Assembly (NCBI GenBank): GCA_044344255.1
Contig: JBIJDH010000002.1
Span: 384,001 to 448,000 of the forward strand
Direction: 5' to 3'
DNA: 64,000 bases
Source of the DNA: Myxococcota bacterium
Lineage (GTDB): Bacteria > Myxococcota_A > UBA796 > UBA2385
Shown: positions 32,526 to 42,643 of the stretch, in pieces
Position numbering within the stretch: the stretch's first letter is position 1
Layout of the letters: each line of letters opens with the position of its first letter
Position numbers and translations under genes: made by a program
The notes under the pieces: generated by a model
What the model was told of the DNA's origin: nothing
Database searches by the model: none
Seen by the model: the letters and a program-made list of their open reading frames with translations, nothing else

Positions 32526-33992
32526 CTATCCCTGCTGCGGGGCGAAGCGCTCGCCGAGGCGGGCGAGCAGGCGCTTGTGGAGCCCCCCGAAGCCGCCGTT
32601 GGAGAGGATGGCGACGACGTCTTCGGGCATCACGTTGGCGGTGATCTGGGCGGCGATGCTCTCGGCCGCCGCCTCGGGGGGGAGGCCCTGGCCCCAACAG
32701 AAGGCCTCCTGGCCGCCCGCGCGTAAGGCGCGGACGAGCTCGGCGGCGTCGAAGCGCTCGTCCACGCCGGGGCCGCCATCGGGGGGCGGGGCCACCACCA
32801 CGACGTCCGCGGCGCCGAAGGCGACGGCGTAGGCCTGCTGGAAGACCTTGCGGCGGCTCGTGTTGCTGCGCGGCTCGAAGATGGCCCAGAGGCGACGGCC
32901 CCCGAAGCGCAGGCGGAGGGCGGCGAGCGTGACGTCGACGGCGGTGGGGTGGTGGGCGAAGTCGTCGATGACCGTGACCTGACCGGGCTCACCGATGATC
33001 TCCTGTCGGCGCTTGATGCCGAGGAAGCTCTCGAAGCCCTGCGCGAGCTCCTCGACCGTCACCCCCTCTCGGGTGAGCGCGGCCACCGCGGCGACCTGGT
33101 TGTAGAGGTTGTGCTCGCCCACCAGCGAGGAGCGGAAGGTGCCGAGCACCCGCCCCTCGTGGCTCACGGTGAAGCGCATCGTGCCGGCGGTGGTGTCGGC
33201 GTCGAGGATGTGTCCGTCCCAGTCCTGGCCCGGGCCGTAGCGGCGGACCTCGCAGGCGGCGTCGGTGAGGACATCGACCACGTCCGCGTGATCCCAGCGG
33301 GCGACGATGCAGCCCTCGGCCGGGACGAGCGCGACCAGCTTGCGGAAGGACTGCTTGTAGTGGTCGAGGTCACGGTAGATGTCGGCGTGGTCGAACTCCA
33401 CGCTGGTGATGATGGCGGTGCGCGGGCGGTAGTGGAGGAACTTCGGGCCCTTGTCGAAGAAGGCGGTGTCGTACTCATCGCCCTCGATGACGAAGTGGAT
33501 GCCGCTGCCGGAGCGGGCCGTGCGGTCGAAGTTCTTGGCCACCCCGCCGACGAGGAAGCCGGGGTCACGCCCGGCCGACTCGAGCAGCCAGCTGATGAGG
33601 GCGGTGGTGGTGGTCTTGCCGTGGGTACCGGCGACCACGATGTTGCGCCGATCGGCGAGGAAGAGCGCGCCGAGCAGGCCGGGGAAGGAGAGGTAGGGGA
33701 TGTCGCTCGCGAGCAGGGCCTCCGCCTCGGGGTAGCTCGCGCGGACCACGTTGCCGACCACCACGAGGTCAGGCCGCTTGGCGAGGTTCTCGGCCTTGAA
33801 GCCCTCCATGACGTCGATGCCCAGCCGGTCGAGGTAGTCGCTCATCGGCGGGTAGACCTTGTTGCCGTCCGAGCCGGTCACCCGGTAGCCGGCGTCGACC
33901 AGCATGCCGGCGAGGGCGGCCATGGCGGTGCCGCCGATGCCCATGACGTGGACGTGGCGGCAGGGGGAGGGGAGGGCGGTGACGAGGGGCAT
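32526..33992 (-). CDS. mpl: Murein peptide ligase Mpl (MurC family)
   Basis: GIGGTAMAALA, VYPPMS, AGTHGKTTT, EGDEYDTAFFDK, EFDHADIY, DDFAHHPTA, EPRSNT, SNGGFGG. Confidence 0.92.
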   Translation of the reverse strand: MPLVTALPSPCRHVHVMGIGGTAMAALAGMLVDAGYRVTGSDGNKVYPPMSDYLDRLGIDVMEGFKAENLAKRPDLVVVGNVVRASYPEAEALLASDIPYLSFPGLLGALFLADRRNIVVAGTHGKTTTTALISWLLESAGRDPGFLVGGVAKNFDRTARSGSGIHFVIEGDEYDTAFFDKGPKFLHYRPRTAIITSVEFDHADIYRDLDHYKQSFRKLVALVPAEGCIVARWDHADVVDVLTDAACEVRRYGPGQDWDGHILDADTTAGTMRFTVSHEGRVLGTFRSSLVGEHNLYNQVAAVAALTREGVTVEELAQGFESFLGIKRRQEIIGEPGQVTVIDDFAHHPTAVDVTLAALRLRFGGRRLWAIFEPRSNTSRRKVFQQAYAVAFGAADVVVVAPPPDGGPGVDERFDAAELVRALRAGGQEAFCWGQGLPPEAAAESIAAQITANVMPEDVVAILSNGGFGGLHKRLLARLGERFAPQQG

Positions 33993-33999
33993 CGGGGCC

Positions 34000-34659
34000 T
34001 CAGGGGAGACGGTGGGCGAGGGGCGGGGAGGGGAGGCAGGCGAGGAGGGCGGGCGGGGCGGCCGGATCGGCGCGGAGCCGGTCAAGATCGGCGGGCTCGT
34101 CGAGGTCGTAGGCGACGGGGAGCAGGCGGACGGTCAGGCCGCTGGCGGCCGCCCGAGCGAGGGAGCGCTCGAGCAGCGCGGGGGTGGACCAGGGGAGCCC
34201 GCGCCAGAGATCGGCGGCGCGGGCCCGGTCTCCTACCCCCACCATCCAATATCCTCCATCGAGGGCCGGCCCGAAGACCACGTCGGCCTCTGACTCGGCG
34301 GCGATCTGGAGCTGGCGCGGATCGAGGCCCGGGAGGTCGGTGCCGAGGGCGATCCGTCGGCCGGGCCCCCGCAGCGCGTAGAGGAGCCGGGCGCCGAGGT
34401 CTCCCGCGGCTTGCGCCTCGACGGCGAGGCCGCGGTTGAGGAGGCCGAGGGCGAAGGGGGAGTCGAGCGGGCCGTCGAGCGAGACGGTGACCGGCAGCCC
34501 GCTCGCGAGGGCGCGCTCGACGGTCAGCTCGACCAGCGCGGCGTGGAGCCGGGCCGCCCCCTCCGCGCCGAGGGCGGGGATGAGCCGGGTCTTACAGCGA
34601 CCGGGCACCGGCGGCTTCGTGAGGATGACCAGGGCCGGCCCCGCGTGGCGCGCGCTCAC
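34000..34659 (-). CDS. DUF2064 / TIGR04282-family transferase
   Basis: TKPPVPGRCKTRL, QAAGDLGARL, GTDLP, GPALDGGYW, PWST, DLDEPADL; GTG overlaps upstream TGA. Confidence 0.85.
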   Translation of the reverse strand: MSARHAGPALVILTKPPVPGRCKTRLIPALGAEGAARLHAALVELTVERALASGLPVTVSLDGPLDSPFALGLLNRGLAVEAQAAGDLGARLLYALRGPGRRIALGTDLPGLDPRQLQIAAESEADVVFGPALDGGYWMVGVGDRARAADLWRGLPWSTPALLERSLARAAASGLTVRLLPVAYDLDEPADLDRLRADPAAPPALLACLPSPPLAHRLP

Positions 34660-35423
34660 CGCCGGTATCTCCACACCGACCAGATGATCTTCGAGCCGGC
34701 GCGCAGCGTGCCCTCGACCGTGCCGCTGATCTTCGAGACGCCGATCCGCGGCCGGTAGCCGACCTGGACCTCGCGGATGCGGAGGCCGCGGCGGGCGGCC
34801 TTCATTTGCATCTCGACGTTCCATCCGTAGTTTCGGTCGATCATCCCGAGCTCGAGCAGGGCGCTCATCCGGATGGCGCGGAAGGGGCCCATGTCTCGGT
34901 AGACATGGCCGGTGACGGCGCCGATGAGGGCGGTGGCGAGCGCGTTCCCGTAGCGCTGGTGGGGGAGGAGGGATCCGGGCGCCGCCCGCTCCACCCGGCT
35001 GCCGAGCACGAGGTCGGCGGCGCCGTCGAGGATGGGGCCGACGAGGAGGGGGAGCTCGTCGGGGTAGTCCGAGCGGTCGGCGTCGAGCACGACCAGCACC
35101 TCGAAGGGCGGCGCCTGCGTCGCGGCCCAGGCGATGCCCGCCTGCACGGCCTGCCCGTAGCCCCGCCGGGGCTCGGACCGCACGACGGCGCCGTGCTCGC
35201 GGGCCACCGCGGCGGTGTCGTCGTCGCTGCCGTTGTCGACCACGACCACGGCCCCGACGGCCGGGAGCTCAGCCAGCACCGAGGGGAGGCTACGCGCCTC
35301 ATTGAGGGCCGGGATCACCACCACCACTCGGGCGAAGGGCCCCTCCGTCCGGGTGGGCTCGGGGGTGCCAAGCTCGGGGGTGCCAAGCTGGGGGGTGCGG
35401 GGCGCGGCGCGGGTCGTGGTCAC
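34656..35423 (-). CDS. Glycosyltransferase family 2 (DPM/polyprenol-phosphate-like)
   Basis: IPALNEA, VVDNGSDD, RGYG, LDADRSD, GSR, DMGPFRAIR, YGWNVEMQ, RIGVSKISGT; start approximate. Confidence 0.88.
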   Translation of the reverse strand: MTTTRAAPRTPQLGTPELGTPEPTRTEGPFARVVVVIPALNEARSLPSVLAELPAVGAVVVVDNGSDDDTAAVAREHGAVVRSEPRRGYGQAVQAGIAWAATQAPPFEVLVVLDADRSDYPDELPLLVGPILDGAADLVLGSRVERAAPGSLLPHQRYGNALATALIGAVTGHVYRDMGPFRAIRMSALLELGMIDRNYGWNVEMQMKAARRGLRIREVQVGYRPRIGVSKISGTVEGTLRAGSKIIWSVWRYRR

Positions 35424-35577
35424 GCGGCCGTCTAACGGAGCCGGCGCCCCGCCGGAGCGGGACCGCGAGGTGTAAAGGACCGGCGAGGACGGTCGATCCG
35501 GGCCATGTTGGGGGTTAGCTCCCACCGGCTCCCGAGGCTCCACGCCCCTGCGGCCCCGAAGGATGATGGGTGGACCG

Positions 35578-38490
35578 ATGACAAGACGACCGAAGACCTT
35601 CCAGATCGCCTTGCTCTCGCTCTCGCTCATCGGGGGCGCCGCCGGATACGTCGGCGGAGGCTCGGCCGAGGCCGCGCCCAACCCCTTCCGCGTGGAGAGC
35701 GCTGCTCCCGCGCTGAAGGCCGGCGCGAAGGACAAGATCCGGATCACGGTGGTCGTCCCAGAGGGTTACCACGCCTACCGCGACATGATGAGCGTGGTGG
35801 CCACCGACCCGGCCGGCCTCACCCTCGGCGAGGCGAGCTTCCCACCGGGCTTGACCGTGCCGGACCCCGCCAACCCCGGCGCCACCCGCGAGCAGTACGA
35901 CTTCGACGTGCTGATCGACGTCCCCGTCACGGCTCCGAAGGCGGGCGGCACCTTCAACCCCACCTTCCACGTCGTGTACCAGGGCTGCAAGAAGGGGGTC
36001 TGCTACCCGCCGGTGGAGGCGGACATCACCGTCCCCGTCACCGTAAACCCGCCCGCGAAGGGCGCGATCGAAGCGCCGGGAGCCACGCTCGCCGCGGCCC
36101 TGCCGCCCCCGGCTGAGATCTCGCTGGTCTCGACGGTCGGCGGGGGAGCGCCGCCCGCAGACCACGGCACCACCCTGCACGCCGGCCCCGCGCTGGCGCC
36201 CCCCGCGATCGACCTTTCGGCGGTGCCGCCCGGCGCGACGGTCCGCACCGTGGACGCGCAGGGCAAGGCACACCCGGTCACCGCCTACCTCCTCGCCGAT
36301 CACGACGCGGTCGTGCCGGGACAGCCGCTCCGCCTCGGGGTGCTGCTCGTTCAGCAAGAGGGCTGGCACACCTACTGGCGCTCGCCGGGCGACATCGGGC
36401 TGCCCACGCAGATCACCTGGGGCCTGCCCGCTGGGGTGTCGGCGGCGCCCTTCGCCTTCCCCGCCCCGGCCCGCTTCGAGCTCCAGGGCATCGTCTCCTA
36501 CGGCTACGACGGTCAGGTGCTGCTCTCCAGCGATCTCACCGTCCCCGCTGGCCTCACGGGCGGCACCCTCCCGGTCACCGCGGAGGTGAGCTGGCTCGTC
36601 TGTCAGAGCTCGTGCATCCCCGGCAGCGCCAGCTTGAAGCTGGAGCTGCCCATCGCGGCGGCCCACGCGGCGAGCTCGGCCGCGCCGCTCTTCGACGCCT
36701 ACGCCAAGGCCCTCCCGGTGCCCACCGCCTCGGTGTCGGCCTTCGCCGTGGAGTCGGCGATCTCGGCCTCCGCGGTGCACCCCGACGAGGACTTCAAGGC
36801 CGCCTTCCTCATCCACCCCACCGGCGACAAGCCCCTCGACCTCCAACATGGTCCAGGGAGCTGGCCGATCTTCACGCCGATCATCGACGGGAGCTGGATG
36901 TTGATGGGCGCGACCACGACCCCCGCCGAAGGGGGGGGGCTGCTCGTGGTCCTGGAGGGGCGCACCTTCGACGTCCCCGAGCCACTCCCGGCTGCAGACA
37001 AGGTCGGCGGGCTCATCCAGATCAAGGTGGGGCCCGGAGAGGCGGACTGGGTGCGCACCGAGCTCACCACACCGCTGCCCTGGGTGGCCAAGGGCGCGGC
37101 GGTCACGGCGAGCCCCTCGCCCCTCTTCTCCATGGTGACGGCCTCCTCGGGGGGCGCCCCGCCCTCGGGGGACGGCGCGGTGGCCGCCGCGGACCCCTCG
37201 GAGCGCGGCCCGTCGGAGCCCCCGCCGGCCGCCCAGAGCTTCCCGATGATGATGCTCCTCGCCTTCTTCGGCGGGGTGCTGCTCAACATCATGCCCTGTG
37301 TGCTCCCGGTGCTCACGCTCAAGCTCTACAGCCTCGTCGGACAGGGCGAGATCAGCGACCGCGAGCGACAGACCGCGGGTGTCGCCTACTCCGCCGGGAT
37401 CATCGCCAGCTTCCTCGCGCTCGCTACCGTGGTCATCGGGCTCCGGTCGGTGATGGACATCCAGGTCGGCTGGGGCTTTCAGTTCCAGTACCCGGGCTAT
37501 GTGGCGATCCTGGCCACGATCGTCTTTGTCTTCGGCCTCTCTTTGTTCGGGGTCTTCGAGATCCCGGCGGTGGGAGCGGACGCCGCCTCGAAGACCGCCC
37601 ACGGCAAGGAGGGCATCGCCGGGTACTTCCTCACCGGCGTCTTCGCGACCCTGCTCGCGACCCCTTGCAGCGCGCCCTTCCTCGGCACCGGGATGGGCTT
37701 CGCGCTCTCGCTGCCGCCGGCGGGGATCCTGCTCTTCTTTGGCCTCGCCGGCCTCGGCCTCGCGGCGCCCTTCCTGCTCATCGCCTTCGTGCCGGTGCTC
37801 TACCGCTTCCTCCCGCGCCCGGGCGAGTGGATGATCACCTTCAAGCAGGTGCTGGGCTTCTCCCTCATCGCCACCACCGTCTGGCTCATCGACGTGCTCG
37901 GCGCGCAGGTCGGGCGGGATGGGATGACCGGCTACCTCGCCTTCCTCACCTTCGTCGGCTTTGGGGCCTGGCTCTTCGGGCGCTACGGCTCCGCGATCGA
38001 GACCGGGGCCCGGCAGATCGGGGTCTTCGCGGCGGCGGTGGCCCTCTCGGCCTTCGGCGGTTGGCGGTTCCTCCACCTGGACTTCGCGCCGGCGGAGGGC
38101 GGCGCTCCCACCGCGCTCCAGGCGGAGGGGCTCGACTTCAGCGAGCACATCCCCTGGCAGGCCTTCTCCGAGGCCCGCGTAGACGAGCTGGCCGGCAAGA
38201 CCGTGTTCATCGACTTTACCGCGGAGTGGTGCCTCACGTGCAAGGTGAACGAGAAGACTGTGTTGAGCTCGGAGACCGTCCGCGGTGCGATGAAGGCGCA
38301 GGGGGTCGTGCCGCTCAAGGCGGACTGGACCCGCCGGGACGAGGTCATCACCCGCTGGCTCCAGCGGTACGGCCGGGCGGGGGTGCCCTTTTACCTCGTC
38401 ATCCCGGCGGATCGCAGCGCGGCGCCCATCCCGCTCCCAGAGGTCATCACCCCGGACATCGTGCTGACCGCGCTGCGTGACGCCGGCTGA
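35578..38490 (+). CDS. dsbD: Protein-disulfide reductase DsbD with two N-terminal Ig-like domains
   Basis: YQGCKKGVCYPP, GWHTYWRSPGD..WLVCQSSCIPG, TM MPCVLP / TPCSAP, thioredoxin DFTAEWCLTCKVNE. Confidence 0.92.
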   Translation: MTRRPKTFQIALLSLSLIGGAAGYVGGGSAEAAPNPFRVESAAPALKAGAKDKIRITVVVPEGYHAYRDMMSVVATDPAGLTLGEASFPPGLTVPDPANPGATREQYDFDVLIDVPVTAPKAGGTFNPTFHVVYQGCKKGVCYPPVEADITVPVTVNPPAKGAIEAPGATLAAALPPPAEISLVSTVGGGAPPADHGTTLHAGPALAPPAIDLSAVPPGATVRTVDAQGKAHPVTAYLLADHDAVVPGQPLRLGVLLVQQEGWHTYWRSPGDIGLPTQITWGLPAGVSAAPFAFPAPARFELQGIVSYGYDGQVLLSSDLTVPAGLTGGTLPVTAEVSWLVCQSSCIPGSASLKLELPIAAAHAASSAAPLFDAYAKALPVPTASVSAFAVESAISASAVHPDEDFKAAFLIHPTGDKPLDLQHGPGSWPIFTPIIDGSWMLMGATTTPAEGGGLLVVLEGRTFDVPEPLPAADKVGGLIQIKVGPGEADWVRTELTTPLPWVAKGAAVTASPSPLFSMVTASSGGAPPSGDGAVAAADPSERGPSEPPPAAQSFPMMMLLAFFGGVLLNIMPCVLPVLTLKLYSLVGQGEISDRERQTAGVAYSAGIIASFLALATVVIGLRSVMDIQVGWGFQFQYPGYVAILATIVFVFGLSLFGVFEIPAVGADAASKTAHGKEGIAGYFLTGVFATLLATPCSAPFLGTGMGFALSLPPAGILLFFGLAGLGLAAPFLLIAFVPVLYRFLPRPGEWMITFKQVLGFSLIATTVWLIDVLGAQVGRDGMTGYLAFLTFVGFGAWLFGRYGSAIETGARQIGVFAAAVALSAFGGWRFLHLDFAPAEGGAPTALQAEGLDFSEHIPWQAFSEARVDELAGKTVFIDFTAEWCLTCKVNEKTVLSSETVRGAMKAQGVVPLKADWTRRDEVITRWLQRYGRAGVPFYLVIPADRSAAPIPLPEVITPDIVLTALRDAG

Positions 38491-38523
38491 GCCGCCTCGA
38501 TCCGGGGCCAAGGTCCGAGGCGG

Positions 38524-39237
38524 CTAAAGGCAGGGATCGAGCAGGTGGGAGGCCTCGTGCGTGCGGTGAGCGCGGAGGCCGTCCGGACCCCAGGAGAGCA
38601 GGTTCACCGCAGTGTTCTTCTGGGAGAGCTCTCGCCAGCTCTGCAGGGGGCGGGCGAGCACCATCGACAGCACGCCCGCCAGCACCATCTGGTGGGTGAC
38701 CACGGCGAGGATGCCGTCGCGGGGCGTCTCGGCGCAGAGTTGGAGCAGCGCGGAGAGCCCTCGGGCCTGGCAGTCGACCATCGCCTCGCCGCCGGGCACG
38801 ACGGCCCGCGCCGGATCAGTCCTCCACGCCGCGAAGAACTCGGGGAAGGCGGTGGGGAGCTCGACGTCCTGGCGCCCCTCGAGCTCCCCCTGGTGGAGCT
38901 CCGTCAGTCCGGGCTCCAGCTCGATCGGCAGCTCGGGCCGGCCGATCCGGAGGGCCTCGGCGGTCGCGCGCGCCCGCGAGAGGGGGCTCGACACGAGGCG
39001 ACGGATGGGGAGAGGGGCGAGGTAACGGCCGAGGCGCCGCGCCTGCTCATGGCCTTCGGCGTCGAGGGGGATGTCGGTGCGACCGAGGAAGCGCCGCTCC
39101 ACGTTCCACTGTGTCTGTCCATGGCGGATGATCAGCAGTGGGAGCCGGCCGTCGGCGAGGATCGGGCGCCAGTCGAGGAGGGCCTCGTAAGGGCTCGGTG
39201 CGGAAGCGCCCGGCGGATTGCAGGGGGGGGTTGTCAT
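38524..39237 (-). CDS. Histidine phosphatase (phosphoglycerate mutase family)
   Basis: RHGQT, SSPLSRA, E..G..EG, PGGE, VVTH. Confidence 0.92.
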   Translation of the reverse strand: MTTPPCNPPGASAPSPYEALLDWRPILADGRLPLLIIRHGQTQWNVERRFLGRTDIPLDAEGHEQARRLGRYLAPLPIRRLVSSPLSRARATAEALRIGRPELPIELEPGLTELHQGELEGRQDVELPTAFPEFFAAWRTDPARAVVPGGEAMVDCQARGLSALLQLCAETPRDGILAVVTHQMVLAGVLSMVLARPLQSWRELSQKNTAVNLLSWGPDGLRAHRTHEASHLLDPCL

Positions 39238-39269
39238 GGGGTACAGGGTAACCGAGGACACGAAACGAC

Positions 39270-40739
39270 ATGTCGCGGCGTATGAAGGGTTTCGATCCGC
39301 TGTCCAGCCTGTTTGAGGTGCCCGATCCGGCGATCGGCGCGCCGCTCCCCGCGGCTGACCCGGATGAGGTCGAGCGATCGGACGGCATCGTCGGGCAGGT
39401 GGACTTCACCGATCCGCTCTTTCGCACCCAGCCGGACCTCCCGGCCCCGCTGGCCGCCGATCTCCCCGAGCCGGGCGGCCTCAGCCCCCGCGATGTCGCC
39501 GCGCCGTCGGAGACGCCTACCCATGAGGCTGAGCCGGTGAACGCGGCGGATTCGTCGACCGAGCCTTCGACCGACGCTTCGACCGACGACGTGGGGTCCG
39601 TCGAGCCCGGCCCGTCCCAGGAGGACCCCGACGAGGCCGCGTGGACCGAAGAGGCGGCGCTGGCCGGGCTCTCCGAGGGAGAAGGTCGTGCCGTCGATCT
39701 CGCGGTGCCGAGCGCCCCGATCGAGGTTGCCGCGCCCGCCGCCGAGCCGGCGATGGACAAAGCGGCGATCGCCCGCGCGGTCGCCAAGGCGGCCGCCCTC
39801 CGCATGGCCGCCGCCGCCAAGGCCGCGCCGCCGCCTGCCTCAACCCTGGCGAAGCCGGCCCCGGCGCCGGTCCAGGCACCCCCCGCGGTGACGCCGCCGG
39901 CGGCCCGCTCCGCCCTCGCCGGCGCGCCGCCCCCGGGGCGCTCGGCGCTCGCCGGCGCGCCGCCCCCGGGCCGTAGCGCGGCGCCCTCGCCGACGCCGGC
40001 CCTCGCCAAGCCGCCTCCCGCGGCGCCGAAGCCGGCCCCGCGGCCCGCGGCCCCCGCCGCTCCGGCGCCCCCCGCCTCGCGCCTCGCCGCGGTGGCCGCC
40101 CCGCGCCCCAACCGCCCGATGTCGGCCCTCGAGGCGGTGCGCGCCGCCGCCGAGGCGGAGGAGAAGGCCGGGCAAGCGGCGGCTCGGCCTGCGGCGCCCG
40201 CGACTCCGCCGGCTCCGTCGCGCCCCGCTGCCTCGGCCCCCGCTCCCGTACGGCCTGTGGCACCGGCGCCTGCCCACGCTGCGGCGCCGGCTCCCGCCCG
40301 CGCTGCGGCGCCGACTCCGGCGCGGCCTGCGCCGGCCGCCGCCGCCCCCCGCCCGATCCCGCCAGCACCGGCGCCTGCGCCGCGTCCCCCCGCCTCTCGC
40401 GGCGGTCGCTCTCTCGCTGATCGTGTGCAGGCCCTGTTCCCCCAGTGGCTGCCCTCGGTGGGCGAGCTCAAGGTGGCCAATGCCCTCGTCTGTGACCAGC
40501 GGGAGCCGCTGATCGGGCTCTGGCGGGCACATCGGGCCCGCTTCCTCGCGGTGGGCGAGCTCGAGCGGGCGGTCGGGGCGGCCACGGTCGTCCACGCCCT
40601 CGAGCACACCCCCCAGGGGCAGCTCGTGGCGGCGCACGTGGTCACCCAGGCCAGCGACTACCTCGTCTGGCTCGACCTCAACTCCGAGTCCTTGGTCGCC
40701 GCCTTCGCAGACGCCCGCGCTTACTTCGCCAGCGAATGA
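39270..40739 (+). CDS. Hypothetical protein: acidic N-terminus, long Pro/Ala linker, small globular C-domain
   Basis: GAGG upstream of ATG; C-terminal about 100 aa of normal composition. Confidence 0.7.
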   Translation: MSRRMKGFDPLSSLFEVPDPAIGAPLPAADPDEVERSDGIVGQVDFTDPLFRTQPDLPAPLAADLPEPGGLSPRDVAAPSETPTHEAEPVNAADSSTEPSTDASTDDVGSVEPGPSQEDPDEAAWTEEAALAGLSEGEGRAVDLAVPSAPIEVAAPAAEPAMDKAAIARAVAKAAALRMAAAAKAAPPPASTLAKPAPAPVQAPPAVTPPAARSALAGAPPPGRSALAGAPPPGRSAAPSPTPALAKPPPAAPKPAPRPAAPAAPAPPASRLAAVAAPRPNRPMSALEAVRAAAEAEEKAGQAAARPAAPATPPAPSRPAASAPAPVRPVAPAPAHAAAPAPARAAAPTPARPAPAAAAPRPIPPAPAPAPRPPASRGGRSLADRVQALFPQWLPSVGELKVANALVCDQREPLIGLWRAHRARFLAVGELERAVGAATVVHALEHTPQGQLVAAHVVTQASDYLVWLDLNSESLVAAFADARAYFASE

Positions 40740-40766
40740 GGGCCCTCCTCGGCGGGTGACGGAGGC

Positions 40767-42614
40767 TCAGAGGTCGCCGTACGGGCCGCGCCTCCAGCCG
40801 GAGAGGATGAGCGCGGACCAGAGGCGTCGCCGGTGGTCCACCGTCCCCGCGAAGTGCTCCTGCAGCACCACCCGCAGGCGGTCCGGGGGGATGAGGTCCT
40901 CCACCCCCTCCTCGAGGTCCTTCAAGAGGTGGCGGCAGGGCCCGCGTAGCCAGGGCCCCACCGGCGTGCCGAAGCCCTGCTTGCGGCGGGCGAGGGTCTC
41001 CGGCGGCAGGAGGTGGGCGACCGCTCGCCGCAGTACGGCCTTGCGCTCGCGGCCCTGTAGCTTGACGTTGAGCGGCATGTCGGCCGACATCTCGACGATG
41101 GAGTGATCGAGGTAGGGGCTCCGCACCTCGATGCCGTGGGCCATGCTGGCGCGGTCCACCTTCACGAGCACGCCATCGGAGAGGTAGAGGCGCTGATCGA
41201 GGTACATCGAGCGGGAGACCCGGTCGGTGCCCGCCGCCGCGAGGGCGTGCGCGTCGACCACCGTCCAGACCGCCTCGTCGCAGCGCAGCTCCTCGGGCAG
41301 CCAGGCCCCCATCCAGACTTGATGGCGCCGCGCCCAGGGGAGGCCGAGGCCCTCGACGAAGCGGCGGGCCATGTAGTCCGGCGTCACCCCCTCGAAGGAG
41401 GTGTGCATCCGCCGAGAGAGCGCGCCGAGGCCCGCTCGGAGGGGGTTGGCGAAGGGGGCCGCGCGGTGGGCGAGGACGGTCGGGTAGCCGGCGAAGAGCT
41501 CGTCGGCGCCGTCGCCGGAGAGCACGCAGCGGAGCCCGCTCTCGGAGACCAGCTCCATCAGCCGCCAGGTGGCCACGAGCGAGCTGTCGGCCAAGGGCTC
41601 GTCCATGTGGGCCGAGATGGCGGCATACAGCCGCGGCAGGTCCTCGGGGCCGAGGCGCGCTTCGCGATGATCGGTGCCGAGGGCGTTGGCCACCTGTCGC
41701 GCCGCTTGCGACTCGTCGAAGCCGGGGGCGTCGACGGCGACGGAGAAGGTGGGCACCGGCCGCTCGCTCCAGCCTTGGGCCAGGGCCACGATGGCGCTCG
41801 AGTCGAGGCCGCCGCTGAGCAGGTACCCCACCTCCACGTCGGCGGAGACCCGCTGCTTGGTGGCCACCTGGAGCGCGCCGAAGAGAGACTTCGACCAACG
41901 CTCCAGGTCGCCGTCCGGGCCGGACCGGGGGACGGGCGGCGTCCACCAGCGGGCCTGCTGGACACCCTCGGCGCGGAGGACGAGGGAGGTGCCCGGCTCC
42001 AGCTTCTGGACGCCCTCCCAGGGTGTCCAGGGGGTCGGGATGTACTCGAAGAGCAGGCAGGCCTGCAAGGCCACCCGGTTCGGCCGGCGGGAGGCGCCGG
42101 GCAAGGCGTGCAGCGCGCGGAGCTCGGAGGCCCAGGCGACGGTTCCGTCGGGGAGCTGTGTCCAATAGAGCGGCTTCTTCCCAGCTCGATCGCGAACGAG
42201 CGTGACCGTCTCCAAGACGGTGTCGATCACCGCGAGGGCGAACATCCCGTGGAGGCGGTCAAGCGCGGTCTGGAGGCCGGCGTAGCCGATGAGCTGGGCC
42301 ACCACCTCCGTGTCGGAGGCGCTGCGGAAGGTCACCCCGCTGCCTCGAAGCTCGGCGCGGAGGCTGCGGTGATTGTACACCTCACCGTTCATGAACACCC
42401 GGTACCGGCCGCTGTCGTCGCGGGCGGGCTGGTTGCCCTGCTCCAGGTCGACGAGCGAGAGGCGACGGACCCCCACCACCGCCCAAGGTGGGCTCCCGTA
42501 GCGCTCGACGGTCTCGTCATCGGGGCCACGGTGGGCGATAGAGCGCGCCATCTCGAGCACCCGAGCCGGCTCGTCAACGCCCCCCGACTTGTACAGTCCG
42601 GCGATTCCGCACAT
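40767..42614 (-). CDS. asnB: Asparagine synthase (glutamine-hydrolysing) family amidotransferase
   Basis: MCGIAG, HRGPD, RRLS, NGEVYN, LSGGLDSS, SGDGADELFAGY, KVDRASMAHGIEVRSPYLD, KQGF. Confidence 0.95.
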   Translation of the reverse strand: MCGIAGLYKSGGVDEPARVLEMARSIAHRGPDDETVERYGSPPWAVVGVRRLSLVDLEQGNQPARDDSGRYRVFMNGEVYNHRSLRAELRGSGVTFRSASDTEVVAQLIGYAGLQTALDRLHGMFALAVIDTVLETVTLVRDRAGKKPLYWTQLPDGTVAWASELRALHALPGASRRPNRVALQACLLFEYIPTPWTPWEGVQKLEPGTSLVLRAEGVQQARWWTPPVPRSGPDGDLERWSKSLFGALQVATKQRVSADVEVGYLLSGGLDSSAIVALAQGWSERPVPTFSVAVDAPGFDESQAARQVANALGTDHREARLGPEDLPRLYAAISAHMDEPLADSSLVATWRLMELVSESGLRCVLSGDGADELFAGYPTVLAHRAAPFANPLRAGLGALSRRMHTSFEGVTPDYMARRFVEGLGLPWARRHQVWMGAWLPEELRCDEAVWTVVDAHALAAAGTDRVSRSMYLDQRLYLSDGVLVKVDRASMAHGIEVRSPYLDHSIVEMSADMPLNVKLQGRERKAVLRRAVAHLLPPETLARRKQGFGTPVGPWLRGPCRHLLKDLEEGVEDLIPPDRLRVVLQEHFAGTVDHRRRLWSALILSGWRRGPYGDL

Positions 42615-42643
42615 CTGTCCCTCCAGGACGCTCGGTCCGCACG

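Noticed and set aside
39223..39230. G8 homopolymers as phase-variation sites (also near 13570 and 36931)
   Set aside because: Runs of this length are unremarkable at this GC content and the frames are intact
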